From NCBI GenBank assembly GCA_963824995.1, contig CAWGRK010000005.1, forward strand, positions 1 to 64,000: a DNA stretch of 64,000 bases. Reading direction: 5' to 3'. The DNA comes from an uncultured Actinomycetes bacterium. GTDB taxonomy: Bacteria; Actinomycetota; Acidimicrobiia; Spongiisociales; DATADW01. This document shows, one piece after another, positions 37,912 to 51,400 of this stretch. The notes under the pieces are model-generated. The model had not been told where the DNA came from. It ran no database searches and saw only the letters and a program-made list of their open reading frames with translations. Positions within the stretch are counted from its first letter, which is position 1. Each line of letters starts with the position of its first letter. Made by a program: the position numbers and the translations under genes.

Positions 37912-39525
37912 CCAGCAACCCGCTCTCACCCGATCCCTGGTGGCAGGGGGCCGTCGTGTACGAGATCTACGTCCGCAGCTTCGCCGACTCCGATGGTGAC
38001 GGTGTCGGAGACCTCGACGGGATCAGATCGAAGCTCGACCATCTCAGCGGCACCCTCGGCGTGGACGCCATCTGGATCACACCGTTCTACCCATCCCCGA
38101 TGCGAGACTTCGGCTACGACGTCGCTGACTACTGCGACGTGGACCCGCTCTTCGGGGACCTCGACGGCTTCGACGCTCTCCTCGAGGAGTGCCACCGGCG
38201 CGGTCTTCGGTTGATGATCGACTGGGTGCCCAACCACACGTCAGACCTGCACCCATGGTTCATCGAGTCCCGCTCCTCGAGACAGAGCCCGAAACGCGAT
38301 TGGTATGTCTGGCGCGACCCGGCGGAGGACGGTTCCCCTCCGAACAACTGGCTCGCCATGTTCGGCGGTCCGTCGTGGGAATGGGACGAAGCGACCGGTC
38401 AGTACTACCTGCACTCGTTTCCTCCCCGAACAACCGGATCTCAACTGGCGCAATCCCGTGGTGGAGTCGGCGATGCTCGACACTCTCCGGTTCTGGCTGG
38501 ACCGCGGTGTGGATGGCATCCGGATCGATGTGGCGCACTACCTGATGAAGGACCCCGATCTGACCGACAACCCGGCGGCTGAGGGACCATTGGACTACCG
38601 GCCTCTGGGCGAGCCGGACAGCCAGATCCACAGCAACGACCGGGGTCACCCTGACATCCTCCCGCTGTTCAGGCGGATCCGCGCCGTGCTCGACTCCTAT
38701 CCGGGCGACCGTTTCGCCATCGCCGAGATCCACGAATCGGACTGGGCCGTCTGGGCCTCCTACTACCAGCCGCCGGCGCTCGACAGCATCCACATGCCGT
38801 TCAACTTCTCACTCCTCTTCGCCCCATGGGACGCCGAGGCGCTCGGGGTGAGCATCGCGGCCGCCGAGGCCGCGGTCCCTGTCGGTGCCTGGCCCAACCA
38901 TGTGCTTGGCAACCACGACGAGGTCCGAGTCGCCTCCCGCTTCGGTGAGGATCGCGCCTCGCTCGCCGCCATGTTGCTCCTCACGCTGCGGGGCACGGTG
39001 ACGATGTACTACGGCGACGAGATCGGGATGCCAGAGGTCCAACTGCCGCCCGGTGATATCCGTGACCCCCAGGGCATCCGTCTGGGCACCCTCACCCGCG
39101 ACGGTTGCCGCACCCCGATGCAGTGGACCGACCGCCCCCATGCCGGGTTCTCAGCCGAAGAGGCACGAGGCACCTGGCTTCCTCTGTCGTCCGACTGGAG
39201 AGAGCGGAACGTCGCCCACCAACTTGGCGAGCCGGACTCATTGTTGGCGCTTTACCGCCGGCTCCTCGCCGCTCGCCGTTCCCCCTCGCTGCGCCGGGGC
39301 GATTTCAGCATGCTCCCCGCTCCTCAGGGATGCCTGATCTACCGGCGTTCCGCGCCCGGTTCGGCCGCGGTGGTCGTGGCGCTCAACCTGGCCGAGGAGA
39401 CGACTGTGGTCGAGGTGCCAGGAGGGAGAGTGATCGTCGCCACCATCCCGCGGCGCGAAGGTACCTCGGTCTCGGGTCCCACAGAGTTAGCGGGGAACGA
39501 GGGTCTGGTAGTCGAGTTGACCTGA
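37908..39525 (+). CDS. GH13 alpha-glucosidase, frameshifted near 38420
   Basis: VYEIYVRSFADSDGDGVGDL, DWVPNHTS, YYLHSF|LPEQPDLNW, GIRIDVAH, LGNHD, YYGDEIGM, RDGCRTPMQW. Confidence 0.9.
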
Positions 39526-39594
39526 ACGGTTGGCGCGCAACGAGCAGACGTTGGGCAGGATCCAAATAGGTGGCAACTCGTGTGACCTGCCACG

Positions 39595-40980
39595 ATGGGG
39601 CAGGTGAGAGGGGAACCTCGTGTGGTCGTCGTCGCCAATCGCTTGCCGGTGCGACGAGAGGGTGATGACTGGGAAGTGAGCCCGGGCGGTTTGGTGAGCG
39701 CCCTCACCCCGATACTCGAGAAGCGTGACGGGTCGTGGGTGGGCTGGACCGGCATACCCGACTTCTCCCATCCCCCTTTCACGCTCGAAGGCATCGAGCA
39801 GAGGCCGGTGCTGCTGAGCGCAGACGAGTTGGAGACCTTCTATCTGGGGTTCTGCAACGGAACCATCTGGCCGCTCTACCACGACGCCCTCCGCACTCCA
39901 GAGTTCCACCGGCACTGGTGGCGGCCGTATGTGGCCGCCAATCAGCGGTTCGCCGAGGAGGCCGCCGCCGCCTCCGACGACGGTGACGTTGTGTGGGTTC
40001 AGGACTACCAGTTGCAGTTGGTGCCGGCGATGCTCCGTCGTCTCCGCAGCGATGTCTCGATCGGATTCTTCCTCCACATACCGTTTCCCGCCGTCGAGCT
40101 CTTTGCCCGGCTCCCCTGGCGAACCCAGATGCTCGAGGGCCTTCTTGGCGCCGATGTGGTCGCTTTCCAGACACGGCTGGCGGCGCAGAACTTCGCCCGC
40201 TCGGCGGTCCGCTACACCAGCGCCACCGGTACGACCCGTCAGCTCGAGTACGAGGGGCGGACAATCCAGATCCAGGTCGCCCCCATCTCGATCGACACCG
40301 CCCGCTATCGGGCCGTAGCCGGGTCCGAGGAGGTGGAGGAGATCACCAGGCGGCTCCGCGCCGACCTCGGGCCGGATCGCATCATCCTGCTCGGCGTCGA
40401 CCGGCTCGATTACACCAAGGGGATCGACGTCCGGCTGCGCGCCTTCGAGACCCTCCTGACGACCAACCCCGAACTGGCACGCCGCGCCGTCCTCGTTCAG
40501 ATCGCCGTGCCCAGTCGTGAGGAGATCGAGGACTACGTCGAGATGCGCAACCAGGTCGAGCAGCTCACCGGCCGGATAAACGGCGAATTCGGTGATTCCG
40601 AATGGACGCCGGTCCTCTACCTCTACCGCAACCTGCCACCCGAGGAGCTCATCGCCTACTACCGCGTCGCCGACGTCATGATCGTCACCCCGCTGCGCGA
40701 TGGCATGAACCTGGTGTGCAAGGAGTTTGTCGCCAGCAGAGTCGACGGGGATGGCGTGCTCGTGTTGAGCGAGTTCGCCGGGGCTGCCCAGGAGCTGGGG
40801 GACGCCATCATCGTCAACCCCCACGACCTCGACGGCACCGCCGCCGCCCTGGAGAGGGCGATGACCCTTCCGTCGAAGGAGGCTCGTCGCCGGATGGGGC
40901 GGATGAGGGCGATGGTGGAGCGCCAAGATGTCTTCGGATGGGCGGCGGACTGTCTGGCCGCGCTCGGGGTCGAGACATGA
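39595..40980 (+). CDS. otsA: Trehalose-6-phosphate synthase
   Basis: [63 protein letters not shown]. Confidence 0.96.
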   Translation: MGQVRGEPRVVVVANRLPVRREGDDWEVSPGGLVSALTPILEKRDGSWVGWTGIPDFSHPPFTLEGIEQRPVLLSADELETFYLGFCNGTIWPLYHDALRTPEFHRHWWRPYVAANQRFAEEAAAASDDGDVVWVQDYQLQLVPAMLRRLRSDVSIGFFLHIPFPAVELFARLPWRTQMLEGLLGADVVAFQTRLAAQNFARSAVRYTSATGTTRQLEYEGRTIQIQVAPISIDTARYRAVAGSEEVEEITRRLRADLGPDRIILLGVDRLDYTKGIDVRLRAFETLLTTNPELARRAVLVQIAVPSREEIEDYVEMRNQVEQLTGRINGEFGDSEWTPVLYLYRNLPPEELIAYYRVADVMIVTPLRDGMNLVCKEFVASRVDGDGVLVLSEFAGAAQELGDAIIVNPHDLDGTAAALERAMTLPSKEARRRMGRMRAMVERQDVFGWAADCLAALGVET

Positions 40981-41752
40981 CCACGGCGATCGCACCGAGC
41001 CTCGAAGAGGCTCTTCGTCTCGTCGCATCCACCGGGCACCTGCTCGTGGCAAGCGACTTCGACGGCACGCTTGCCGAGATCGTCAGCCGCCCCGAGCTGG
41101 CGACGGCCCACCCGGGCGCCATGTCCTCTCTCACCGCACTGGCCGCACTACCCGCCACTGACGGCGCCGTGATCTCGGGTCGGGCCCGTGCCGACCTCGA
41201 GGGCCTCACAGGTGAACCAGCGGGCGTCACCCTGATCGGTGGTCATGGTGCCGAGTGGGGTGACCCCCTCGATCTCACCAATGCTCAGCATGTGGCGCTG
41301 AGCGCGGCCAGTGCGGTGGTCGAAGCGGTGGCTGCTGCCCACCCCGGGTCACTGACCGAACTCAAGCGGACATCGGCAGTGCTCCACACGAGGGGGATCG
41401 AGGATCCCATCGAGGCCAACCGGGCGGCCTCGCTAGTCCGCGAAGCGGCCGCGAGCATCCCTGAGGTAGTGGTTCTCGACGGAAAGCAGGTCGTCGAACT
41501 GAACGTGACCCCTAACACCAAGGGGTCGGCTCTTGCCGCGCTGCGACGCACGGTTGGAGCGACCGCCGTGGTGTTCGTCGGTGACGACCTGACCGACGAA
41601 ACGGTCTTCGAGGCGCTGGATCGGTCGGATCTTGGTGTCAAGGTCGGTACTGGCCCGACCGCCGCCCTTCATAGGGTTGCCACGGTGGCCGAGGTGGCCG
41701 ATCTCCTCGATCTTCTCCTCCACCTGCGCCGTACCGGGATGAGCCGCAGCGC

Positions 41753-41756
<4 letters not shown>
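40977..41756 (+). CDS. otsB: Trehalose-6-phosphate phosphatase
   Basis: [31 protein letters not shown] overlap with otsA. Confidence 0.93.
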
Positions 41757-45067
<3,311 letters not shown>

Positions 45068-45071
<4 letters not shown>

Positions 45072-45460
45072 CGCGGTGTGTTGTGGTCCTCGACCTCGTG
45101 CCCGGCCTCCCCGAGCGCCGCCCTCGCCTCGGCCAGGCGATCGGCGGGGATCAGGATGAAGTCCGTGTCGTATGTGGACACGACGAGCACGCTTACGTCG
45201 GACTGGGCAAGAGCCACGAGCAGTGGGGCGAGGATCCCGGCCTCATCGTGGTTGGATGAGTTGGCCAGCCGCAGGGCGGCGATTCCCGTCCGCGCCTCCT
45301 GGCCGGGGGGGACGTCGCGCTCGTCGCAAATGACAGAGAGCTCGTCGGCGCTCCTGGTGATGGAGAAGAACGGGCTGGTGAGCGCCCACTGCGGCGGTGG
45401 CTGCCACGGGTCGAGCCGGCAGGCGGCGAGCCGGTAGTTCATGAGGATGAGCCGCACCAT
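45068..45460 (-). CDS. ACT-domain protein (CASTOR/ACT_7-like)
   Basis: [33 protein letters not shown]. Confidence 0.85.
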
Positions 45461-45494
45461 CGGAAGTCTGCCAGGGCGAGACGAGTGCGGCGAC

Positions 45495-45929
45495 TCAAGT
45501 CTCGGGATCGGGGAGCGGACCCTGTGAGCGCACCACCGCCTCGCTCAGGTAAGAGGGGACTGGCACCGGTTTGAAGTCGGCGTGGTCGACGATCACCTGG
45601 ACCTGCACCGCTTCGGCGACGGTACGCCCGCTCGCCTTCTCCCAGGTCCGAAGCTCGAACACCAGCGAGGTGTTGCCGATCCTCTTCACCCGCGCCCCTG
45701 TCACCAGAACCTCGCCCAACCGCCCCGACGAGCGGAAGTCGATCTCCACCCGGGCCAGGACCATGTCATGGCCGCCTGTATTGAGCTCCGACCACGGAAC
45801 CCCGATCGCGTCGAAGTAGTCGGTGATCGTGTCGTCGAAGTAGGTGGCGTACATCCCGTTGAACACCACCCCCTGCGCATCGGTGTCCGAGAACCGCACT
45901 TTGCGCTCGTAGGTGACGGCCCACTCCAT
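45495..45929 (-). CDS. Acyl-CoA thioesterase (4HBT/YbgC hotdog fold)
   Basis: VRFSDTDAQGVVFNGMYATYF, RIGNTSL. Confidence 0.9.
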   Translation of the reverse strand: MEWAVTYERKVRFSDTDAQGVVFNGMYATYFDDTITDYFDAIGVPWSELNTGGHDMVLARVEIDFRSSGRLGEVLVTGARVKRIGNTSLVFELRTWEKASGRTVAEAVQVQVIVDHADFKPVPVPSYLSEAVVRSQGPLPDPET

Positions 45930-45962
45930 GGAGCTCGAGGCTACGCGGAAGAAAGACGGCGG

Positions 45963-46073
45963 AAGCTCACCCTCCCTGAAGGGAGGGGTCGGGGGAGAGT
46001 GACCGGGCAGGAAAGCAGTCACCCCCTCCGCTCGCTCCGCTCGCGCCTCCCCCTCGCCGGGGAGGCACAGCTT
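45963..46073. repeat. Multi-hairpin REP/RIME-like extragenic element (111 bp)
   Basis: AAGCT...AGCTT ends; CCCTCCC-TGAA-GGGAGGG; GTGAC...GTCAC with flanking G5/C5; GCCTCCCC-6 nt-GGGGAGGC. Confidence 0.6.
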
Positions 46074-46078
46074 GACGA

Positions 46079-46360
46079 CTAAGCGGTCCACCCGAGGAAC
46101 TGGCCGCCGGCGAAAATGACGGCGAGCCAGATGAGAGCGGTGACGACGGGAACCGCAACGGCAACAGCGGGGTGCACCCGCCATATGCGCCATCCGACGA
46201 TCAACGCCACCACCCACACGAGTACGAGTGTTAGAACAGCCCACAACGGCGCCACCAAGCCGGAAGCCAGCACGAAGTACCCAACCACGAGTTGAAGGGC
46301 GAGTGCGACCAACCCGAGCACAAGGGCAACCGGGCTGATGCTCTCCTTCGCCTCCTCCAC
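46079..46360 (-). CDS. Small membrane protein (three TM segments)
   Basis: 93 aa hydrophobic ORF, SD AGGAGG, contains SGLVAPLW, ends FLGWTA. Confidence 0.75.
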   Translation of the reverse strand: MEEAKESISPVALVLGLVALALQLVVGYFVLASGLVAPLWAVLTLVLVWVVALIVGWRIWRVHPAVAVAVPVVTALIWLAVIFAGGQFLGWTA

Positions 46361-46426
46361 CTAGATCCTCCTGTCGGTGAGCATGACAAGTTTCCCACCG
46401 CGGCGAAGCTCGTCCGCCGTCCTTGG

Positions 46427-47446
46427 CTAGCTGTCCCCGTCGGTGTCGCCGAACATCAGGGTCACGCCGAGTACCGAGACGACCTCGGTTGACAGGGTGC
46501 GGTGGAGCGCCCTCGTCGCCTCCTCCGCAGCAGCCAGGTCCTGGGGTGAAGCCTCCTCGAACGAGTCGGGGAGCGCGCCGAGCAGTTCTCCGAGGTCGGT
46601 GAGACGGGTGAGGACGCGCTCATCGGTGGCGGCGAACCCTGCAGCCACCAATGGTGACAGCCCTCCCTCGTAGACCGCGGCGACGCCTTCGATGACCGCC
46701 TCGGCCTCGCGCCCACCGATGCCGGCTGCACCTTGGGCTTCCTCGGGGGCGGGGACGCCTTCATTGGTGCTGCCGGTGGCGATCCCGAGCCGTCTGTCGG
46801 CCACCTCTTGGACGGCGAATATGAGGTCGTTGACCACATCGTCGAGCTCTTCCTGGGTGGAGCGATCCGACGAGGATTCGTCGAGACCTTCCGTCACCGT
46901 CCGTGCCGCCTCCTCCACGAGCGTCGCCGCCGACTCCGCCATCTGGCACCTTCGCCCTGCACCCTCGGCCAGCGCATCGGACCCGGTGCCGAAAAACAGC
47001 CATTCGATGGCGCGCAGACCGCGTTGGTCTGCCCCGAGTTGCCTCATCGCATCGACGGTCACCGGGTCTCCACCTTCCACCAACGCCTCGATTCCCTCGA
47101 TGTCCGGGGCGAAGGCGAAGCTCGCTTCGAGCCGCATCTCGTCGATCAATGCGCTGTGGGCGGTCGTCCGGAGCCACGCCAGCCAGGCGGTCTCCCAGGC
47201 GGAGCGTGCCTCGGTGAGCGCCCGGGGGGAGGCCCTCGAACAGAGCGAGGCGGTCGCCTCGACGAGACCCGTGGCGGCTGCGGTCAACTCGTCGTAGGCG
47301 GGGACGATCACGTCTTGGTTGATCTGGTCGAGAGCCGCCCGGCGATCGGCCTCCCCTTCCGCGGTGGTGGATGGCGCCGAGGAGACGGTCCCGCCGGTAG
47401 TGGCGCATGCGGCTAGTGCGAGGAGGATCACCACCGGGCGTCTCAC
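46427..47446 (-). CDS. Imelysin-family lipoprotein (IPPA-like)
   Basis: Lipobox LAAC; IVPAY, ARSAW, RGLRAIEWLFF (GxxxxE), C-terminal LGVTLMFGDTDGDS; GTGA overlap with the upstream gene. Confidence 0.88.
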   Translation of the reverse strand: MRRPVVILLALAACATTGGTVSSAPSTTAEGEADRRAALDQINQDVIVPAYDELTAAATGLVEATASLCSRASPRALTEARSAWETAWLAWLRTTAHSALIDEMRLEASFAFAPDIEGIEALVEGGDPVTVDAMRQLGADQRGLRAIEWLFFGTGSDALAEGAGRRCQMAESAATLVEEAARTVTEGLDESSSDRSTQEELDDVVNDLIFAVQEVADRRLGIATGSTNEGVPAPEEAQGAAGIGGREAEAVIEGVAAVYEGGLSPLVAAGFAATDERVLTRLTDLGELLGALPDSFEEASPQDLAAAEEATRALHRTLSTEVVSVLGVTLMFGDTDGDS

Positions 47447-48840
47447 AGCGACTCCAGGAATGCGATCAGAGCAGCCCGTTGCTCAGCGGTGAGAGCTTCG
47501 AACCTGGTGCGGGCGCCTTCCGCCTCGCCCCCGTGCCACAGGATCGCCTCCTCGAGGTTGCGCGCCCTCCCGTCGTGGAGGAAGCGGGTATGCCCCGATA
47601 CCGTCTCGGTCAGCCCGATCCCCCAAAGCGGCGGGGTCCTCCATTCAGATCCACTCGCCTCGAACTCGGGTCGCCGGTCGGCCAGACCGTCGCCCATATC
47701 GTGCAGCAGCAGATCTGTGTAAGGATGGATGACCTGCGACGCCAGGCCCTCGATCTCTGAGTCCCCGGTGCGGAGGGTGTCGCGGTGACAGGCCGTGCAG
47801 CCCACCGTGGCGAAGAGGTCTTCTCCCTCCTGGACCGCCGGATCATCGATGTCCCGCCGTGCAGGCACCGCAAGGGTGGACGTGTAGAAGGTCACCCGTT
47901 CCAACTTGTGGTCGTCGAGTTCCGGCTCGCCACCGGTCGGAGCCGCGGCGCAGGCGCGCTCCGTGGGAGTGCAGGGCTGCACGGGGAACATCGAAGAGGT
48001 GATCCCGATGTCGGCCACGAATGCAGAAGCCGCCTGTTGTTCGAGCGTGGGAACGTTGGCCTTCCATCCGAAACGACCGAGCGCCTGCTCTCCGGTAGCG
48101 ATGTTCCAGACCCGATTGGGACGACCGGATACCCCGTCGCCGTCGGCGTCGTCTGGGTCGGCTGCCGAGAGGATCTCCGCTTCGGGCACGGCTTCGAGGA
48201 GCCCACTGCCGTGGATCGGCGGTGCCACCCGAGGAGAGAACATCGTTGCCCTCATCGGTCCGTAGGCCGGGTTGACGATCAGATGGGTCGGGGCGGAGAG
48301 AGTGGCGGTGGAGCCGTCGGGGTAGGTGTGGTCCACCAGCTCCTCGAGGATCCGGATCATCCCCTCGGGAAGGACGCCGTTGATGGCGCGGTCTTGCAGC
48401 TGGCCGCCGTAAACCGGGTCGGGGCGGGGCTCGCCGTGTGGACCTACCCCCGGCACCGATACCCGCACGAGCATGCCCCTCTCAGGATCATCGTCATCCT
48501 CCGGCGGCTTGCCCCGTCCATCGCGGAAGTGGCACGAGGAGCAGGATTGGGCGTTGAACAGGGGTCCGAGCCCATCGCGCCCGTCGGTCGAGGCGGGCGC
48601 CGTCACCCAGTTGTCGTTGAAGAAGTTGTTGCCCACTGCGAATGCGCGTCGCTCCAGAGTCGAGAGCGAAGGGATGGCGAGACCGAACGCATTCGAGGAG
48701 ACATCGAACACGGTCGCATCCCCGCCGGAGCGCGCCTCGACAGGGATGGTGGTGGTCGACGCCGGGCTGGTGTCGGCCGGCTGACCGGTGGTGCATGCAG
48801 CCAGCAACGCAAGCGCGCAAACCTGCGCCCGGCGCCGCAA
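47443..48840 (-). CDS. Di-heme oxidoreductase family (DUF1111) c-type cytochrome lipoprotein
   Basis: Lipobox LAAC; DGLGPLFNAQSCSSCH, DGVSGR, GRFGWKA, CTACH, YTDLLLHDMG, WRTPPLWGIG, LHDGRAR; TTG start inferred. Confidence 0.92.
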   Translation of the reverse strand: MRRRAQVCALALLAACTTGQPADTSPASTTTIPVEARSGGDATVFDVSSNAFGLAIPSLSTLERRAFAVGNNFFNDNWVTAPASTDGRDGLGPLFNAQSCSSCHFRDGRGKPPEDDDDPERGMLVRVSVPGVGPHGEPRPDPVYGGQLQDRAINGVLPEGMIRILEELVDHTYPDGSTATLSAPTHLIVNPAYGPMRATMFSPRVAPPIHGSGLLEAVPEAEILSAADPDDADGDGVSGRPNRVWNIATGEQALGRFGWKANVPTLEQQAASAFVADIGITSSMFPVQPCTPTERACAAAPTGGEPELDDHKLERVTFYTSTLAVPARRDIDDPAVQEGEDLFATVGCTACHRDTLRTGDSEIEGLASQVIHPYTDLLLHDMGDGLADRRPEFEASGSEWRTPPLWGIGLTETVSGHTRFLHDGRARNLEEAILWHGGEAEGARTRFEALTAEQRAALIAFLESL

Positions 48841-48844
48841 CCGG

Positions 48845-49978
48845 TCAGATCCCCAGGTTGATGGTGACCCCCAACGCCTGTGCCGCCCGGGCGATACTCT
48901 CACCCTGCGCCTCCAGCGACTCGATGGCCTCGAGCAACGCCTCCCTCGCCGGGTCGCCGTCCGGAGCCTGGATCATCTGATCGAAGGTCGTCGGAAAGTC
49001 CTCGGCCAGTGAGACGCTGTTGTCGAGTTGTTCGCGGAGAGTGGTGTCGAGTTCGGGGTCGGCCTCGGCGACCAGATCCGCCAGCGAGGGACCGTCTACG
49101 CCTTCGATCTCGGCCAGGTACACCATCCTCACTCCCCGGGCGTTGCCCAACACGTCGGCGTTCGTGTTGTCCGAGAAGCATGAGTGCTCGTCCTCCTGGT
49201 CTCTGGTCTCATAGGCGACCGCCATCCGCTCGCCAGCCAGCTCACCGGCCGACAAGGCCCCGATGCCTCGAAGCATCTTCTGCAACGCGGCTTGGGGATC
49301 GGCCAGGAACTCGGCGCGATATCCGTCCGTTGCCTCCGGGTCCCAGGCGTCGCGCACCGCGGTCAGGTCGCTGATCAACTGCTCGGTGGTCAGTTGGAGG
49401 TACTGGGCCCGGCGATCCGAGTTCTCGGCCTCGACGTAGTCGGTGACCGGCCGGTCCCCGGGATCGTCCTCGCTCAGGTCCTGACCCCAGAGGAGGAACT
49501 CGACGGCGTGCCATCCGGTTGAGATGTTGGTCTCACCGCCCTGCTCATTGGCCGACACCAGGGTGTCGAGGTCGATCTCGGGGAACTCCTCGGTCATGTT
49601 GATGATCCCGGCGTCCGGGTCGCCATCGACGTAGTCGACATATGCCTCGTCCATCGGCCAGGCGTTGATCTGGCCCTCAGGCCCGGACTCGGGATTGTCG
49701 ATCGGCCCGTCGTAGAAACGGAAAGCCTCGGTCGGTCCGTAGTCGTCCCGAGCATCGAGCCAAGCCTGCCGCGCAGCCTCGAGGTTGTCCTCGGTGGGAT
49801 CGGCGATGAATGCGCCGACCGCCTCCTGCATCTCGGTAGCCGAAACCACGGAGGCGTCGTACGCGGCGTAGACCAGGTCGGCGTATGTCTCCGCCACAGC
49901 CTCGGGAGTGGCCTCTTCCGAACCGCTGCAAGCGGCCAAGATGAAAAGCAGCACCGCCACGATCATCGCTGTGCGCAC
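48845..49978 (-). CDS. Iron-regulated imelysin-family lipoprotein (IrpA-like)
   Basis: SD GGAGGG; lipobox LAAC; TEAFRFYDGPID, INAWPMDE, TGWHAVEFLLWGQD (GxHxxE), GELAGERM, DEHSCFSDNT. Confidence 0.92.
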   Translation of the reverse strand: MRTAMIVAVLLFILAACSGSEEATPEAVAETYADLVYAAYDASVVSATEMQEAVGAFIADPTEDNLEAARQAWLDARDDYGPTEAFRFYDGPIDNPESGPEGQINAWPMDEAYVDYVDGDPDAGIINMTEEFPEIDLDTLVSANEQGGETNISTGWHAVEFLLWGQDLSEDDPGDRPVTDYVEAENSDRRAQYLQLTTEQLISDLTAVRDAWDPEATDGYRAEFLADPQAALQKMLRGIGALSAGELAGERMAVAYETRDQEDEHSCFSDNTNADVLGNARGVRMVYLAEIEGVDGPSLADLVAEADPELDTTLREQLDNSVSLAEDFPTTFDQMIQAPDGDPAREALLEAIESLEAQGESIARAAQALGVTINLGI

Positions 49979-50008
49979 CCGTTCCCTCCATGGCCCGATG
50001 GGATCCAC

Positions 50009-50027
50009 TGCTGTTAGGCGAACCTAA
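50009..50027. promoter_or_regulatory. IdeR/DtxR iron box TGCTGTTAGGCGAACCTAA
   Basis: 15/19 match to consensus TTAGGTTAGGCTAACCTAA, in the 66 bp divergent gap between the IrpA-like and HTTM genes. Confidence 0.8.
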
Positions 50028-50044
50028 TATCCACTATCGCCATC

Positions 50045-51400
50045 GTGCAAAACCCTGGAAGCCGAGTGCTGGCGTGGCATCGAGGCCTTGCTCGCCCGGT
50101 TGACGGTGCGTCACTCGCGGTGTGTCGGATCGCCATCGGGTTGGTCGGCGCGGTGTCGATCGGGCGTCTCTTTGCCAACGAATGGATCGAGGCGCTCTAT
50201 GTGACACCGCAGCACCACCTGAGGTTTCCCGGCCTGGCGTGGGTGCCGGTGCCACCTGCTTGGGGGATCAGGACGCTTGCGGTTGTTGCGGGTTGCGCGG
50301 CCCTGGCCGTCGCCATCGGATGGCGTCAACGCCAGTCGGCTGCGGTCTTCGTCGTGTCCTTCACCTGGCTCGAGTTCATCGAGGCGACGACATTCCTCAA
50401 CCACTACTGGCTGGTCACGCTTGTGGCGGCGTTGTTGGTGGTGGTGCCTGCCAACCGGGTCTGGTCGATCGACGCCAGGTCGGGCCGGGCCGGTGGACCC
50501 GTCCCGATCGGGGCGGTTTGGGTGATCCGGCTGCAACTGGCGGCGGTCTACTTCTTCGCCGGGATAGCCAAGCTCCATCCAGACTGGCTTCTCGACGGCG
50601 CGCCGCTGCGACTCTGGCTCCCCGGCCGCGCCGAAGTCCCGCTGATCGGCCCGCTGCTTGCCGCTCCCGGGGCCTCGCTGGCGCTGAGCTGGGCGGGGGT
50701 GCTATTCGACCTTTCAATCGTCTGCTTCCTCCTCGTCAGCCGGACCCGCCTCTGGGCTTGGGTTGCCGTGGTCGGATTCCACGTTGCCACCTGGGCATTG
50801 TTTCCCCGGATCGGGGTTTTCCCCTGGGTGATGATCGCCCTCACCACCATCTTCTTCCCACCCGACTGGCCGCGTCGGCTGTTCCGTCGGTCGGGCGAGA
50901 TTCGTCCTGTTGTACAACAGAGGGCCGGTTGGCCTGGGGTAGCCACTGCGGCTCTTGTGGCCTGGGCTGCGGTGCAAGTGGCTTTGCCGCTCCGCCATCT
51001 CGCCTACCCGGGTGATGCCCGCTGGACGGGCGAGGGTTTTCGCTTCGCCTGGAACGTGCTCGCGGTGGAGAAGGTCGGATGGGTCAGTTTTCGTATCACC
51101 GACCCCGAGGGGCGCACCTGGGTGGATGACGGGTCGGGTATCTACACGCGGTCGCAACTCAGGGTGGCGCCGGGCGAGCCTGACATGATCGCCCAGATGG
51201 CGCTGGCGCTGGCCGAGGCGGAGGGCCCCGACACCGAGGTTCGGGTCGATGCCTTCGTCTCGGTGAACGGCCGCGAAGCCGTGCGGATCATCGACCCCGC
51301 GATCGACCTGGCCTCGCTCCAACCGGGGGCCCGTTCCATCGATTTCGTACTGGCGCAACACGACAGCACGACGGCATCTGCCGAAGGGAGAGGCTCATGA
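50045..51400 (+). CDS. HTTM-domain protein, vitamin K-dependent gamma-glutamyl carboxylase homologue
   Basis: RPVDGASLAVCRI, FLNHYWL, YFFAGIAKLHPDWL, FHVAT...IGVFPWVM, WTGEGFRFAWNVL, PDMIAQ, VDAFVSVNGR. Confidence 0.9.
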   Translation: MQNPGSRVLAWHRGLARPVDGASLAVCRIAIGLVGAVSIGRLFANEWIEALYVTPQHHLRFPGLAWVPVPPAWGIRTLAVVAGCAALAVAIGWRQRQSAAVFVVSFTWLEFIEATTFLNHYWLVTLVAALLVVVPANRVWSIDARSGRAGGPVPIGAVWVIRLQLAAVYFFAGIAKLHPDWLLDGAPLRLWLPGRAEVPLIGPLLAAPGASLALSWAGVLFDLSIVCFLLVSRTRLWAWVAVVGFHVATWALFPRIGVFPWVMIALTTIFFPPDWPRRLFRRSGEIRPVVQQRAGWPGVATAALVAWAAVQVALPLRHLAYPGDARWTGEGFRFAWNVLAVEKVGWVSFRITDPEGRTWVDDGSGIYTRSQLRVAPGEPDMIAQMALALAEAEGPDTEVRVDAFVSVNGREAVRIIDPAIDLASLQPGARSIDFVLAQHDSTTASAEGRGS

